From Antedon mediterranea (taxonomy: Eukaryota; Animalia; Echinodermata): 64,000 bases of DNA. The translations under genes and the position numbers were made by a program. The stretch covers positions 22,751,648 through 22,815,647 of the forward strand of contig NC_092673.1 of the NCBI RefSeq assembly GCF_964355755.1. The letters are read 5' to 3'. Positions 35,283-48,412 of the stretch are shown here, piece after piece; within the stretch, counting starts at the first letter, position 1, and every line of letters begins with the position of its first letter. The notes under the pieces are model-generated. The model made no database searches, was not told the origin of the DNA, and worked only from the letters and a program-made list of their open reading frames with translations.

Positions 35283-37310
35283 GGATGCTAGTCAAGTCGC
35301 CCCATCGCAAAGTCGCCCCATACAAAGTCGCCCCTTACACAGTCGCCCCATCGCAAAGTCGCCCCAAAACAAAGTCGCCCCGACACAGTCGCCCTATCGC
35401 AAAGTCGCCCCATCGCAAAGTCGCCCCAACGCAAAGTCGCCCCATCGCAAAGTCGCCCCATCACAAAGTCGCCCTATCGCAAAGTCGCCCCAAAACGTTA
35501 AAAAATAGTTTACAAGTGCGTAAAATGTTGCAATGATACACAAAATAACACAGAACGTGTAGGCATAAAAGGGGAAGCCCCGCCATGTAGTCTCAGGTCA
35601 CACGATCGGCACGCACCCCCATATCAGAGAGGAAGCCCCCGACTAATCACTCGGTCGCACTCCGCGGTCGCACACTCTAACGTGCTAGCTTACCAGAGGG
35701 AAACCCCCGTAATTACTCCGCCGTTGCCGTTGTCGCACTCTACAACGCACCATCTGAAGATGGGGAAACCCCGCCAGAGTTTTACGATGATATCATCAGT
35801 CGCGTTCGAAATCGGTCGCGATAAAATGATGTTATACGATCTAGATTATTTTTACTTTGGTCGATGAATATTTATTATTATTATTAGGCCTATATTAATA
35901 ATTGATTTTTGTTTTTATTTTACAGGTCAGTAGGTCTATGATGAGAAAGATGTGTGGCTTAAAAAATGACAATTTGTAAACATAGTTTAAGATATAGTAT
36001 TATCCAGCATAATGTCATTTAACAGTACATAATTATTTAAATGTGAAATATTTTATAGGAAACGTAGGCTACGTCTGTGTCTTTTATTTTATATGCAACA
36101 AATTACGTAAAACAATTCATTTATAAACATTCAGTTTACTATTATATACATAGTATTACAGTGAACATTGATTGTAAGACTCCTGGAAAGGCAATCCCAT
36201 CATTATATCCCATTATAAAATTGCATCATATCACCACTATATGTCGTAAATGATAACGTGCGTGTGTGTATTTGTCGTACGTCCGTGTACGTATTATTCC
36301 GTGCCTCTTCACTGTCTTGTTTAATTTAAAATTAAATAAACACCTGATATGAGGATATTTATTAGGCATTATAATTAGAATGTTCTATAACCAAAAGGAT
36401 TGAAAAAAATTTCTTCAGTAAAATGATCATTGTGCTGTTGAATAAAAGGCGACTCGCCATCTGAAACATTCTCTGAATCCAATCGGAGCTGCGCCTTCTG
36501 GTATCTGTTTCCTCACAGCTGCTACGTCTTTCTGCTGACCGTCGGGGATTCCCCTTTTTAAAAAACACGCACACGATACTGTACGATGGTTTTTCCATGG
36601 TCAAAATGTCGCGTTTTAATTTTACTAATACTTGCATGTAAAACAATCATATTCATTTTGAAAAGTCATTATAAAATTAAGACACATAACTTGTCAATAA
36701 ATGCAAAATGATCAATAAGTAGCCTATAACACTCGTCTTACAACACTGTTATTGTTTTAACTACTGTAAATCTATACGAAGGCCTACTACACATTTATAC
36801 ATTTATTATAGGCTATTATCCTAAAAAATGAGCTGGTATCGCGTAGGTTGAAGAAATTGTAATTGTGGCTCTGGTAACTAATTTTAAAATCATATTAAAT
36901 TAACATTTTCGAAACTATAAATCAGGGATAATCTTTTTAAAACTTTCAAACAAGGGACTATTTTTTTAATGATTTTTAAAAAGCACATCACTCCATTAAA
37001 ATCTGTAAAATACAAATTAAAACACATATTATGTATATAATAGGATAAACATTAATGTATACGACATTCAAAGTAACAACGCAATCGATGTCAAACGCAA
37101 CCGATATGATTAAAACCGTGGGCGACTTTGCGATTGGGCGACTTTGCGTTGGGGCGACTTTGCGATGGGGCGAATTTGCGATGGGGCGACTTTGAAATGG
37201 GGCGACTGTGCCGGGGCGACTTTGTTTTGGGGCGACTTTGCGATGGGGCGACTTTGTATTGGGCGACTTTGTATGGGGCGACTTTGCGATGGGGCGACTT
37301 GACTGGATCC
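35283..37310. mobile_element. MULE/Foldback-like non-autonomous element
   Basis: Inverted arrays of ~16-bp CAAAGTCGCCCCATCG at both ends. 9-bp near-TSD (A/C)CTAGCTAG. Confidence 0.85.
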
Positions 37311-37851
37311 CCTAGCTAGAGGGCTAACCTGTGCCCTGCCTACTAGGCCCTATCTATATACTAGGCTGGCCGGTCCTAGCTTGCTTGGAAGCTGGGCTTT
37401 CTAGCCTATACTATGGCTTATATCTACTACCCAGCCAGTCCATATAGTAGTAGTCCATCTGAGATACTACCCACCCAGTCCATAAATTATAAAAAGGACA
37501 TAAAAACATGTCATTTTGTAATTAAATTAAATAAAATAATTAATAAATTAAATAAACGTGTGATGAATAGAAAAGGCCTAGCTAGGCCTACATACAAACA
37601 AATAGAAATTGTTTCGTCTAATAAAAAATTGTAAATTTTGGACCAATATCTTCTAAAATAGTCGCCGAGTCGAAATTTCCCATCCCATCAGGATTTCTTA
37701 GGTGAAGTTTTCATAAATTCTCCCAAATATTATAAAAATCACTGCATCTAATCTCTTCATTATTGAGCTATGTGGTTTAGATTAAATTACAAATAATAGC
37801 AACTTCTTTATTTAACATTAGATGAACATATCTTGCCAAGCCAGTTAAATC

Positions 37852-38268
37852 ATGCAGTACACAAAAGAAGTAGCACTTCTGGAGGCTGCCTTCCAACTTG
37901 CTGAGAAACAATATTCTGGTGCCAACCTAGCAAATACATGTTTAGGTGACATCAGTCAGGATAATGAAGACCAACCCTTGGCGCAAGTAGCGGATACTCT
38001 CATCACTGGTATATCTGAAATTATTGGAGGCTTAGAATGTCCCCTAAGTGATGAAGAACAAAAACATACCAGTTTTGTTGTGCATTCTGTATTATTTAAC
38101 AGCTTTTATAAACAGATTTTATCATTGAAAGGCAATGAACAGAAGAAAGCATCATCGAGGAATCAAAACAATGCAACATACTGTATCCTGGATGTGTTCC
38201 CTAGAATTGGATCAATGCTTTACTATATTTTGTTGGTCAGGTTCAACTGGGGTAACCTATTTGGACAG
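37852..38268 (+). CDS. GEMIN4: Gemin4-like (SMN complex component), coding exon 1
   Basis: KEVALLEAAFQLAEKQYSGANLA and DVFPRIGSMLYYILL..LFGQ align by eye with Gemin4 [23 protein letters not shown] and NMIPTINHTILFELL..LFIQ. Acceptor at 37821, donor at 38269. Confidence 0.8.
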
Positions 38269-38663
38269 GTAATTTATTTCAGTTAAAAATAACCTGGATT
38301 TTATTCCGAAACAAAACCTGGATTTCATTAATAAAAACATGTATCTTTTGCATTGACTACAAAAAATTGAGATCCCTGAGAATTTCCAAATGAATAGTGA
38401 CAAAAAAATTCTGATACTGATGGAGTAAACGGAGTGCTGCATGTGTTGATAGTGTATGGGGGGGGGGGGGGGGCAATGTTTTTACATTGTATACTTATAT
38501 ACTTAAATTAATCTTAAACACCAAGTCTTCTTTCAACAGTTTCTGTCCTTCCAGTACTGTACATTTTGTCAAAGCGTTTGTCCGGGATTTTCTAATTCAT
38601 TATTATGGAAAAAGCAATACCCACATCTTTGTAAAATTTGATTTATTTTGTTTATCTTTGTAG

Positions 38664-39540
38664 ATGGTGAGTGTACTTCGCCCAGAGACATCCACTCTTA
38701 TTCTACATGAGATTCTCAGCCAATGTATTAAGGAACCTCAACCACAAATGGAACGGTTTTTAGCAGACATTGTCAGCGGTATTCTACCTGATTCTCTATC
38801 TAAGTCACATCCAGATGTTTTATCCAATCAAAGATCTGCTGTGAGTTTTCACCAGTTGAAATGGAAAAACTTGCTTTTATTCTATAACATGGTTTTCGAT
38901 CGTTTGAGTAAAGGATATAGTGAGTCTGAAAATTGTAATAGTATTTGTAAACTAACCTCATCGTGTCTTTTATGCTTGTTCGATTTTCTGAGCAGTCATC
39001 TAAGACGAGAAATCACAATGATTGAAGATGTGAAGTTTCAAATGGAAGATCGGCTTTATGACATCACAAACACTATGCAAATTTCCACCGACATCCCAAT
39101 ACAGTTTTATCAAAAACTTCAACAGATGTTTCTAGATGAATCAGTTAACAAACCCATCTTTGATAAACTAAGGAATTCTTCTCATTGCATACTGAATGAT
39201 AATCTTCAAAGCTTTTTAGATGATTTCTTATGTAGTTTTAATAGATGCATAGCTGCGTGCAAACTTGTTGACACTTTGCAAAAATCAAATATTGAAAACC
39301 AGGAAAAGGGAAAACTTGGAAAGACGTGCTACTACTTATGGAAATGTTTGAAACCGTTTATTGGAGCACAGGAAAGTAATCTAACAAGTCTTTATTTGCT
39401 TGAGAATGAGTTTGATAAATTTTGCCAAACGGAAAAGACAGGTGAAGCTGCAGATGAAAAGTTGGAACCAATACAGACGATCGAAGATGATTTAAAAGAA
39501 GCAATTTGGAGGGTGGATAACAGACTAATTGGTTATCAAG
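38664..39540 (+). CDS. GEMIN4: Gemin4-like coding exon 2
   Basis: 296-aa ORF, tttgtAG acceptor and GTAAAG donor. Phase 0 in, phase 1 out, matching both neighbours. Confidence 0.85.
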
Positions 39541-39598
39541 GTAAAGCAAAGTAGAACCCATATTATAGGGATACCAACAACGTATCCCTATAATAGGG

Positions 39599-41720
39599 GT
39601 GTCACCTGAATTTAAAACATATATTTCCTCCTGTTCGTTTTATAATTGAAAGTGTCCCTCAATGTGGGTGTCACCTGAATTTAAAACATATATTTCCTCC
39701 TGTTCGTTTTATAATTGAAAGTGTCCCTTAATGTGGGTGTCACCTGAATTTAAAACATATATTTCCTCCTGTTCGTTTTATAATTGAAAGTGTCCCTCAA
39801 TGTGGGTGTCACCTGAATTTAAAACATATATTTCCTCCTGTTCGTTTTATAATTGAAAGTGTCCCTCAATGTGGGTGTCACCTGAATTTAAAACATATAT
39901 TTCCTCCTGTTCGTTTTATAATTGAAAGTGTCCCTCAATGTGGGTGTCACCTGAATTTAAAACATATATTTCCTCCTGTTCGTTTTATAATTGAAAGTGT
40001 CCCTCAATGTGGGTGTCCCTGAGTAGGGGTTGTTAAAACATATATATCCTTCTGTTCATTTTATAATTGAAAGTGTCCCTCAATGTGGGTGTCCCTGAGT
40101 AGGGGTTGTTAAAACATATATATCCTTCTGTTCGTAAATTGAAAGTGTCCCTCAATGTGGGTGTCCCTGAGTAGGGGTTGTTAAAACATATATATCCTTC
40201 TGTTCATTTTATAATTGAAAGTGTCCCTCAATGTGGGTGTCCCTGAGTAGGGGTTGTTAAAACATATATATCCTTCTGTTCGTTTTATAATTGAAAGTGT
40301 CCCTCAATGTGGGTGTCCCTGAGTAGGGGTTGTTAAAACATATATATCCTTCTGTTCATTTTATAATTGAAAGTGTCCCTCAATGTGGGTGTCCCTGAGT
40401 AGGGGTTGTTAAAACATATATATCCTTCTGTTCATTTTATAATTGAAAGTGTCCCTCAATGTGGGTGTCCCTGAGTAGGGGTTGTTAAAACATATATATC
40501 CTTCTGTTCGTTTTATAATTGAAAGTGTCCCTCAATGTGGGTGTCCCTGAGTAGGGGTTGTTAAAACATATATATCCTTCTGTTCATTTTATAATTGAAA
40601 GTGTCCCTCAATGTGGGTGTCCCTGAGTAGGGGTTGTTAAAACATATTATATCCTTCTGTTTGTTTTATAATTGAAAGTGTCCCTCAATGTGGGTGTCCC
40701 TGAGTAGGGGTTGTTAAAACATATATATCCTTCTGTTCGTAAATTGAAAGTGTCCCTCAATGTGGGTGTCCCTGAGTAGGGGTTGTTAAAACATATATAT
40801 CCTTCTGTTTGTTTTATAATTGAAAGTGTCCCTCAATGTGGGTGTCCCTGAGTAGGGGTTGTTAAAACATATATATCCTTCTGTTTGTTTTATAATTGAA
40901 AGTGTCCCTCAATGTGGGTGTCCCTGAGTAGGGGTTGTTAAAACATATTATATCCTTCTGTTTGTTTTATAATTGAAAGTGTCCCTCAATGTGGGTGTCC
41001 CTGAGTAGGGGTTGTTAAAACATATATATCCTTCTGTTCATTTTATAATTGAAAGTGTCCCTCAATGTGGGTGTCCCTGAGTAGGGGTTGTTAAAACATA
41101 TTATATCCTTCTGTTTGTTTTATAATTGAAAGTGTCCCTCAATGTGGGTGTCCCTGAGTAGGGGTTGTTAAAACATATTATATCCTTCTGTTTGTTTTAT
41201 AATTGAAAGTGTCCCTCAATGTGGGTGTCCCTGAGTAGGGGTTGTTAAAACATATATATCCTTCTGTTTGTTTTATAATTGAAAGTGTCCCTCAATGTGG
41301 GTGTCCCTGAGTAGGGGTTGTTAAAACATATATATCCTTCTGTTTGTTTTATAATTGAAAGTGTCCCTCAATGTGGGTGTCCCTGAGTAGGGGTTGTTAA
41401 AACATATATATCCTTCTGTTTGTTTTATAAATTGAAAGTGTCCCTCAATGTGGGTGTCCCTGAGTAGGGGTTGTTAAAACATATATATCCTTCTGTTTGT
41501 TTTATAATTGAAAGTGTCCCTCAATGTGGGTGTCCCTGAGTAGGGGTTGTTAAAACATATATATCCTTCTGTTCGTTTTATAATTGAAAGTGTCCCTCAA
41601 TGTGGGTGTCCCTGAGTAGGGGTTGTTAAAACATATATATCCTTCTGTTCTTTTTATAATTGAAAGTGTCCCTCAATGTGGGTGTCCCTGAGTAGGGGTT
41701 GTTAAAACATATATATCCTT
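39599..41720. repeat. Intronic minisatellite: ~6 x 69 bp then ~23 x ~76 bp
   Basis: GTGTCACCTGAATTT unit at 39599, 39668 and onward. It switches at 40013 to the GTGTCCCTGAGTAGGGGTTG unit. Both share TTATAATTGAAAGTGTCCCTCAATGTGG. Confidence 0.97.
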
Positions 41721-41929
41721 TTTGTTTTACTCTAAAAGTGTCCTCTCAACATAGGGAGTAGAGGTTGGCCGTATTATTAAAATATATATTTCCTCTTTTT
41801 TTTTCTTTTGTCCCCTCAATACTGTATTGGTGCTCTTAAGTAGGGGTGTTAGTTTTAGTGTAACCGGATATGAATTGTGAAATTTTGTTATAATAAATTA
41901 TTGAGCTACAATTTGATTTTACATTTCAG

Positions 41930-42023
41930 AAAATTTGTTTTGGTTATTGAACTGTTCTGTGAATTCTAATGAGATATGGATATCCTGCCTGGAAAGAAAT
42001 GTTGTGAATATCTCTAGTTTAAA
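41930..42023 (+). CDS. GEMIN4: Gemin4-like coding exon 3
   Basis: NLFWLLNCSVNSNEIWISCLERNVVNISSL (cf. DEWVACLGSN). AG/GTAAGT, phase 1/2. Confidence 0.8.
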
Positions 42024-42092
42024 GTAAGTTATAAGGTAAATAATGTAGGTAACATTAATGCAGTTAGCCATCATCTACATCCTTCCTCCTGA

Positions 42093-42330
42093 ATAATAAT
42101 ATGTCATTCTTATATAGCGCTTCATGCATATAACCTCCATAGTGCTTCACATTATTTCCGTTGGATATTTTTTTTATCAAACATGAATGGAAACATACTT
42201 CCATAATTCAGCCTTAGCGCGCCTTACCATGTTCCCACCTGTATACTACCTGAGTGGAGAGAGGCAAACAAATATAAAGAGTCTGGCCTAAGGACACAAG
42301 CAATGCGACAAATAAACTCACGGTCAGTAG
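42093..42330 (-). mobile_element. Degraded CORE/Meta-type SINE with L2-like tail
   Basis: GTGTCCTTAGGCCAGAC..CCTCTCTCCACTCAGGT core and GCGCTATATAAGAATG..(TTA)n tail on the minus strand. Confidence 0.55.
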
Positions 42331-42546
42331 TCCAACATCCAATATACTGTGCGACATGTCCCTTCTGTACGTGAATGACTTTAATATAAATTGTTGATTA
42401 ATATTCAATTTCAATAATGCTGAAATCCCTATTAAGCCGTAACTGGTGTAGCCTTGTCACATGTGTGAAACTGTGAAAAGCTCTTGATTGTTATTGTGAT
42501 TTCATGTAATATAATTGTATACAATGTTTTTTTTCCCTTTTGACAG

Positions 42547-42637
42547 ACTTCTAAAGTGTCTTGTAGACTGTACAATTCGGCATCAATTAGAATGTGACAT
42601 CAAGACAAAATATGATCTTGTGAAAAGACTTTTAAAG
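42547..42637 (+). CDS. GEMIN4: Gemin4-like coding exon 4
   Basis: LLKCLVDCTIRHQLECDIKTKYDLVKRLLK. AG/GTAATG, phase 2/0. Confidence 0.8.
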
Positions 42638-42929
42638 GTAATGAATTTTGGTATCATTTCCAAAGATCTTTGTTTCGACCTGACTTCCCATATCACAAGG
42701 AATGCACCAGTAATTAGTTCCTAAGACATATTTTTTTATCCAACTTTATTTCAAGGGGGTAGCTGTAGTTACAGTAGTACAGCTGACTTATCTAGGTTGT
42801 GAACCAGTGATCCTTATATACACCTTGCTTACTTGCCTAAACATAATACAATTCATTGTTGCATGGTTTAACACAAACAATGTATGGTTACATTTTAAAA
42901 TAAATTAATCTATTGTTTTTGTACTATAG

Positions 42930-43121
42930 GTATTACTGAAATCGTACAAACTTGTCAGCACTGGTATACAAAACAGAGTAAGAGATTACTTCACAGATCA
43001 GCAGCATCAGCTTTTAGACTTTTACCTATATGAGGAATATGATTCAGCAGGCCTACAACAACAAATAGTTGCTGCCTTCAACAAACTTGTGAATTCAAGA
43101 AACCATGATAATATACAGGAG
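42930..43121 (+). CDS. GEMIN4: Gemin4-like coding exon 5 (alternative in-frame donor at 43136)
   Basis: VLLKSYKLVSTGIQNRVR...GLQQQIVAAFNKLV (cf. GFQEDLNTTFNQLT). Phase 0/0. Confidence 0.8.
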
Positions 43122-44320
43122 GTATATCTAGAATTGGTAACACTTATATCTGTATATCACCTGTGATAATATATTTACGGTAGGCTTAAATTATGAACAT
43201 AAAGGAAACAAAGTAGATCTCTGAGACATTCTCAAATTTACTTTGTTCCCTTTGGGAATTACACTGCAAACCTATTGGTACGTCAGGGAAACTCAATACG
43301 TAAGAAAACAACAACTCCTGCTAATTGTATATAAAGCCTTTTATAAGCTTTGTGTATTTATTCAATCTGTAAGTAAACAGAAATAACCCATACAAAATGT
43401 ATTCAGAACAATAATAACAATTTTAACGTACGCCCTCAACTCTAGCGAATCTTGCAACAAACAAACTATAAACGCCCTCAGCGTCAATCAAACAATTAAC
43501 TTACATAATTGTCGCTCCATAATACATGCGACGCCGCATGTCTAATCGTCAACGCACAACAAAGCGTTAATCACAGAATGAGCCTACTCGCGCTGTAGCT
43601 TATGAAGTATGATCGAGGCTAGCCTACTAGCTTGGCTTAATAAAATCACACTTAAGACTCTACTAACTAACATAATTAGACTCACTTCTTTGGCAGGATA
43701 TTTAACTTCCCTTATTCATATACATTTACTGCATTTTATAGCTAAAATTACTATACATTATGGCTGTCTATCACCCTTCTAGTGACGACCTTTTGCCTAT
43801 CGTATGACTTGCTGCAACTAACTTAAATCATCTTTTAATTATACAAATGTTTCTTCCTTTCTCCGCATGCATGGTACAGTACAAGCGATCGTTCTATAAC
43901 GATCCACCTATCTTTATAGTGTATATTCACCATGCAAACATTTGTACAATAATTAAACAAAGTGATTGTTAATTTTATTCTAGTATTTTACACAGGTATT
44001 TTAAACATCATAGTCACATGTTGGTGGTGTCCTATTATATTTGTGCTACTCTAAATAATTTGAGGAATTTTGATGAACCCTCCACCATAAAGCTCTGTTT
44101 ACACTATCAAACTAGTTTGATGTGCCCAAATATGGTAGTGATATGCCCAAATATGGTAGTGATATGCCCAAATATGGTAGTGATATCATCATATCCATAT
44201 ATGGGCACATCACATTTGTTGTCGCATAAAGTTTGCTAGTGTAGACCGAACTTAATAGTAATGGTATTCAACATCTTGATACCATGATTTTTTAATCAAA
44301 CTTGTTCTTTTGCATTTCAG

Positions 44321-44428
44321 TTACTGCAGTACATCAGTCCTGTAGCTTTTCAGTCGCCAAGGCAAACCATACAAAAGTCTGTAATGGAGTCTGTTAGTAA
44401 TTCTGGCATCATTCCATTGATTTCAAAG
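44321..44428 (+). CDS. GEMIN4: Gemin4-like coding exon 6
   Basis: LLQYISPVAFQSPRQTIQKSVMESVSNSGIIPLISK (cf. [25 protein letters not shown]). AG/GT, 108 nt. Confidence 0.8.
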
Positions 44429-44927
44429 GTGAAGAATGAACATATTTCTACCTGTTTTACCCTTACACCACCTTCACATCGCTTAGCAAAATTTGCACAC
44501 ACCTTATTAGGTCAACACCTCCATTATGTATCCTGTGTGCCCGAGTACAACAACTTGAAAGCTCTGTCTACACTATCAAACTAGTTTGACAAAAAAGTGT
44601 GATGAGCATAAATATGGTGTGTGATATAGCAAAAAATATGATGGTGATATGACATCATCATGTCCGTATATGGGCACATCACATTTGTTTAAGTTTGATA
44701 ATGTAGACAGAGCCTTAAACTAGAATAAGTAAACAAACTGGGGCATTGTAATAAGTGAAGATGCTTTATGGTTATAGCCCATTAAGTTAGTCAATGCTAG
44801 TCAGGGGGTGGGGGGGGGGGTTCGGCGGTGTAGTTATAAAGTTTGCAATCCTGCTTAATGTATTTTTTTATTTAAAATTACTCAGTGAATCTTTTGTTAT
44901 TTTAAGTGTTATGTGTGTTTTTTTCAG

Positions 44928-45077
44928 ATATTTCAAAATATGACATCAATGTGCTTTTTTAAGGATAATAATAGCACCACAACTTTACTGTGCATAACGC
45001 TCAAAGATAAAGCAGTCAGAATTTCGTCAGCAAAACAGCAGAATAATTTTATAGACTTGATTAAGTCATTGTTAGAG
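44928..45077 (+). CDS. GEMIN4: Gemin4-like coding exon 7
   Basis: IFQNMTSMCFF..TLLCITLKDKAVRISSAKQQNNFIDLIKSLLE (cf. [31 protein letters not shown]). 150 nt. Confidence 0.82.
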
Positions 45078-45430
45078 GTTTGTACACTATATCACGTTCT
45101 GTGATGACCAATTAATTTATTAGTCTGGTGTCTATTACATATTTTTTTTATAGAATGGGCTATTAGCATGGTTAACCCTACATGTTTTTTTCCTATATTT
45201 GGGCTCCCATGTCCGTCTAGAGGATGACCAATAAACTATGTTGACTGTGTTGCAAGGAACACCAACCAACTGATTCATGACTTACGAAGATATATGATAA
45301 CAAACGCTTGTGCAGTTGCATCATATTTGGGATGTTTCTCCAATTTCAGACATTTTTTTGAATATTCTTTACATAGATGTTGTATCACTTTAAAAATTTC
45401 AAAATATTTTACATTTGTCTGTATTTTCAG

Positions 45431-45830
45431 CCTTTTACACCATCACTGTATCCAGAAAGCCTTTACCTGAAACCAACAGTGTTGTCAAGTGAAGAACTTC
45501 TGGAAGTGTGCATCTATCCTAATTTGCATCAACAAAGTAGAGATGAAAATGCAGATCATTCCATTCTTGGTGAAGGGGTCCACTGCCAAAATATTAACTT
45601 ACTTCTATGTCTTGAGCTCCTGAAAGTTACGCTGGCTGCGCCGATCAGTGGAGGAAAATTTGCCGAAAAAGTTGATAGTGAGCATAGATATCCCATGATG
45701 GTTTGTTTAGCTTCGTTTGTTAATGAATGTATCATATTATGGGATGGCAATGAAGGATGTGTTAGAGAAGATGTGAAAGAAATAAGCAAGAGTTTGCTGG
45801 AAGTACTATGCAAAACTCAACAGTCTACAG
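45431..45830 (+). CDS. GEMIN4: Gemin4-like coding exon 8
   Basis: VLSSEELLEVCIYPNL and YPMMVCLASFVNECIILW (cf. LLEPDEVLKEFVLPFL and FPLLFSLCQLLDRFSKYW). Phase 0/1. Confidence 0.85.
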
Positions 45831-45977
45831 GTAGTTTCTAATTTTTATTTTGTCTTTTCAAATAAATAACATTTTTACCCAACAGGGGAAAATTAAAACA
45901 TAGACTGGATCATTATTATTGTGTGTCTTCTGCGCCACTAAACCACAATCTGTCTAGCTCTACTGTGAAGTACATTA

Positions 45978-46120
45978 AGCTCTGTCTACACTATCAAACT
46001 CTATGTGATAACAAATATGATGTGCCCATATATGGACATTATGATGTCATATCACTTCCATATTTAAGCATATCACTATCATATTTTTTGTCAAACTAGT
46101 TGGATAGTGTAGACAGAGCT
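45978..46120. mobile_element. Abundant ~140-bp Tourist/Harbinger-type MITE (representative copy)
   Basis: TIR AGCTCTGTCTACACTATCAAACT, TSD TTA. Other copies at ~15430-15527, 17110-17265, 19395-19640, 44091-44252, 44560-44715, 48125-48262 and 63661-63756. Confidence 0.9.
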
Positions 46121-46627
46121 TTAGACTATGTGAAATAGATTCATACATTTTCAAAATTTGGTTCATTAATATTTACCTTTGTTGGTTCCGAGACTGATGG
46201 TGAAAATCTGGTAATAAATTCATTCTTGTCTTAGTGGTTGCTTGTGTAATGTTAACTGTAGGTCTAACTTTGAATTAATGCAACGTGTTATGCGCATGCG
46301 ATTAAAATATGGTGATGAAACAAAATAATGCACTAAAATTTGCTGATAGGAACTGTATAAGGTATTTTCGCTGGCCTTGTAATATACCTCTGTTAGAATT
46401 TGGTATTTAATATAAAGTATAATTATAGTTAAGTATTGTCATAGTAAAGTAATTATAGTCATTGTATTTCATAAAATATGCAACTATGGAAATCTGTTTT
46501 TAGTATTCGTACACTAAAGCAATAATTTAGGATATTCTAAAACTGTTTTGTTGAAAATAACATTGGTCTTGTCACATAATTTTTATACCACAACTTTAAT
46601 AAAATATTCAAATTGTTTATTTTGTAG

Positions 46628-46734
46628 AAAGTGATATCAAAGGTCTTCAATGGTTGATGTTCAAAGCAAAATCCTTTCATTGGTCGGTTGAATTATATCT
46701 TAGCTTCCTGTTCGCTGACTACCAAAACAAGGAG
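46628..46734 (+). CDS. GEMIN4: Gemin4-like coding exon 9
   Basis: SDIKGLQWLMFKAKSFHWSVELYLSFLF (cf. [27 protein letters not shown]). Phase 1/0. Confidence 0.85.
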
Positions 46735-46791
46735 GTATATATTATTTGCATGGCTAATACTTAGAATAGTGAAAGTGAAAGTGATGGTCAT

Positions 46792-46998
46792 ATTGAAACC
46801 TTTTTATTTATTCATTACTTATTTATACTGGGTGACCTCTTCAGTCAAAGGGCCCAGTTATGATCAGTGGCTGTGTGTGTACTAATACACCAGGGTAACC
46901 CCTACTCGGTTCGAAAGATGCACTAGCTTCTTAAAAGTGCACATGAGCTAGATGTGTACATCTACGAGAAGACCTTAACCGCTCGGCCACTCACTCAT
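46792..46998 (-). mobile_element. Deu-domain tRNA SINE copy, internally deleted
   Basis: Tail, core and head fragments in order. Further remnants at 53968-54045 (+) and ~10690-10830 (-). Confidence 0.8.
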
Positions 46999-47531
46999 GT
47001 CCCTTGCTAGTTTGTAATAACCTAATCAACCCTAAACAATAGACTAAAAAAGAATTATGTCAACCAGATTTTCAGTATCGTAAAGTTTATCAGTAGCAGT
47101 AGTCTGTGATACTACTGAACCCCTCGTAAGCAGACTGTCAAGATGGTGTTCACTTATGAGAGGTTTGGTTGAAAAAAGACAAAACAATTTAAAAAAAAAA
47201 TCTGTTTAGAAGGAGCTTATTTAACCCATTTTCACCTTTTGCATGTGGTATTTTAAATTAATAATTGTCCCCAACTGATGAATTCTATACTTAATTTGAT
47301 ATTTGCAACTACACATAACTTGTGTTCAGTTCAATCCAAATCACTGCTGCTTTTGTATTTCATATCTGTATATGTGTAATAAGATCATAGGAATTATGAT
47401 TGGAAATTATTTTTGTAATCATAAAGTGCAATTAATTCAGAATAAAAATGTATTTTATATAATTTCATATATTTATTGAATAAAATATGCCAGTGATAAT
47501 AGACTCCCATGTTCACATTTGTCAACAGCAG

Positions 47532-47598
47532 GTAGCTGCTCAAGTTTCCATATCAAATTTCTCCAACATGGAATGGAAAACCACACACTTAAAACCAG
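47532..47598 (+). CDS. GEMIN4: Gemin4-like coding exon 10 (NAGNAG acceptor, 47529 alternative)
   Basis: VAAQVSISNFSNMEWKTTHLKP (cf. KLSEDEWTSQAHP). Phase 0/1 is needed to bridge exons 9 and 11. Confidence 0.75.
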
Positions 47599-48412
47599 GT
47601 AATATAAGAACTAGAATAATTTACCTAACACAAAAGAAATTAGAGCAAATTAACATATTCCCCCTTTTCTAACTGATATCTTTTTTTATTTCATTACGCA
47701 TCCAACAGCAAGTAACTCGCCAATTATTACAGGATGGATAAAATAATTTATTTATCGTGCTTATAAACTTATAGCTTATAAAATCTCATTTGAGGCTTAG
47801 GGAGTGGAGTTGAAAAAGTTGTGAGTGGGACTAGGTCAGGATTGACCCAGAACCCTGGGAGGGCAAGCATGTTAACCATCAAGCTACAGCTCCACTACAA
47901 CCACCAAGCTGCAGCTCCACTACAACCACCAAGCTGCAGCTCCACTACCAGCTACCAAGCTACAGTACATACAATACTACTACTACAGTTTATCACTGTG
48001 TTATATTAATTGTCCATTCTTCTGAAGCCTCCACCAGAATTTGAAAGTTTGTTACAGTTAGCTTTTACAGGCTGTCGCATGTTTGGTGTTACTGCAGTAA
48101 CAAATGATATCGCTATGTTCATAAAGCTCTGTCTACACATCAAACTAGTTTGACAAAAAAGTCTGCCCAAATATGGTAGTGATATGACATCATCATGTCC
48201 ATACACTATATGGGCACATCACATTGTTTTGTCACATAAAGTTTGATAGTGTAGACTGAGCTTTGAAAATGTTTATATGGACATAAGTACAGTCTGGATT
48301 CTTACCTGTTAAGCTACATTTAAAGACAGTATAAGATAAACAGTGACTACGGCAACATTTAAAGTTAAGTATGAAAATTAATATTTGTGTAATGTTCTTT
48401 TAATCACATTAG

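Noticed and set aside
35266-35536. Repetitive ORFs (also 37128-37319, 61074-61303, 58253-58594, 24328-24570)
   Set aside because: Translations of subterminal transposon repeats.
36362-36646. Transposase remnant inside the MULE-like element
   Set aside because: No DDE, FLYWCH or SWIM motif recognisable in any frame; too short to call.
39599-41720. CRISPR-like regular repeat array
   Set aside because: Units are contiguous with no unique spacers, the context is a eukaryotic intron, and there are no cas genes. It is a minisatellite.
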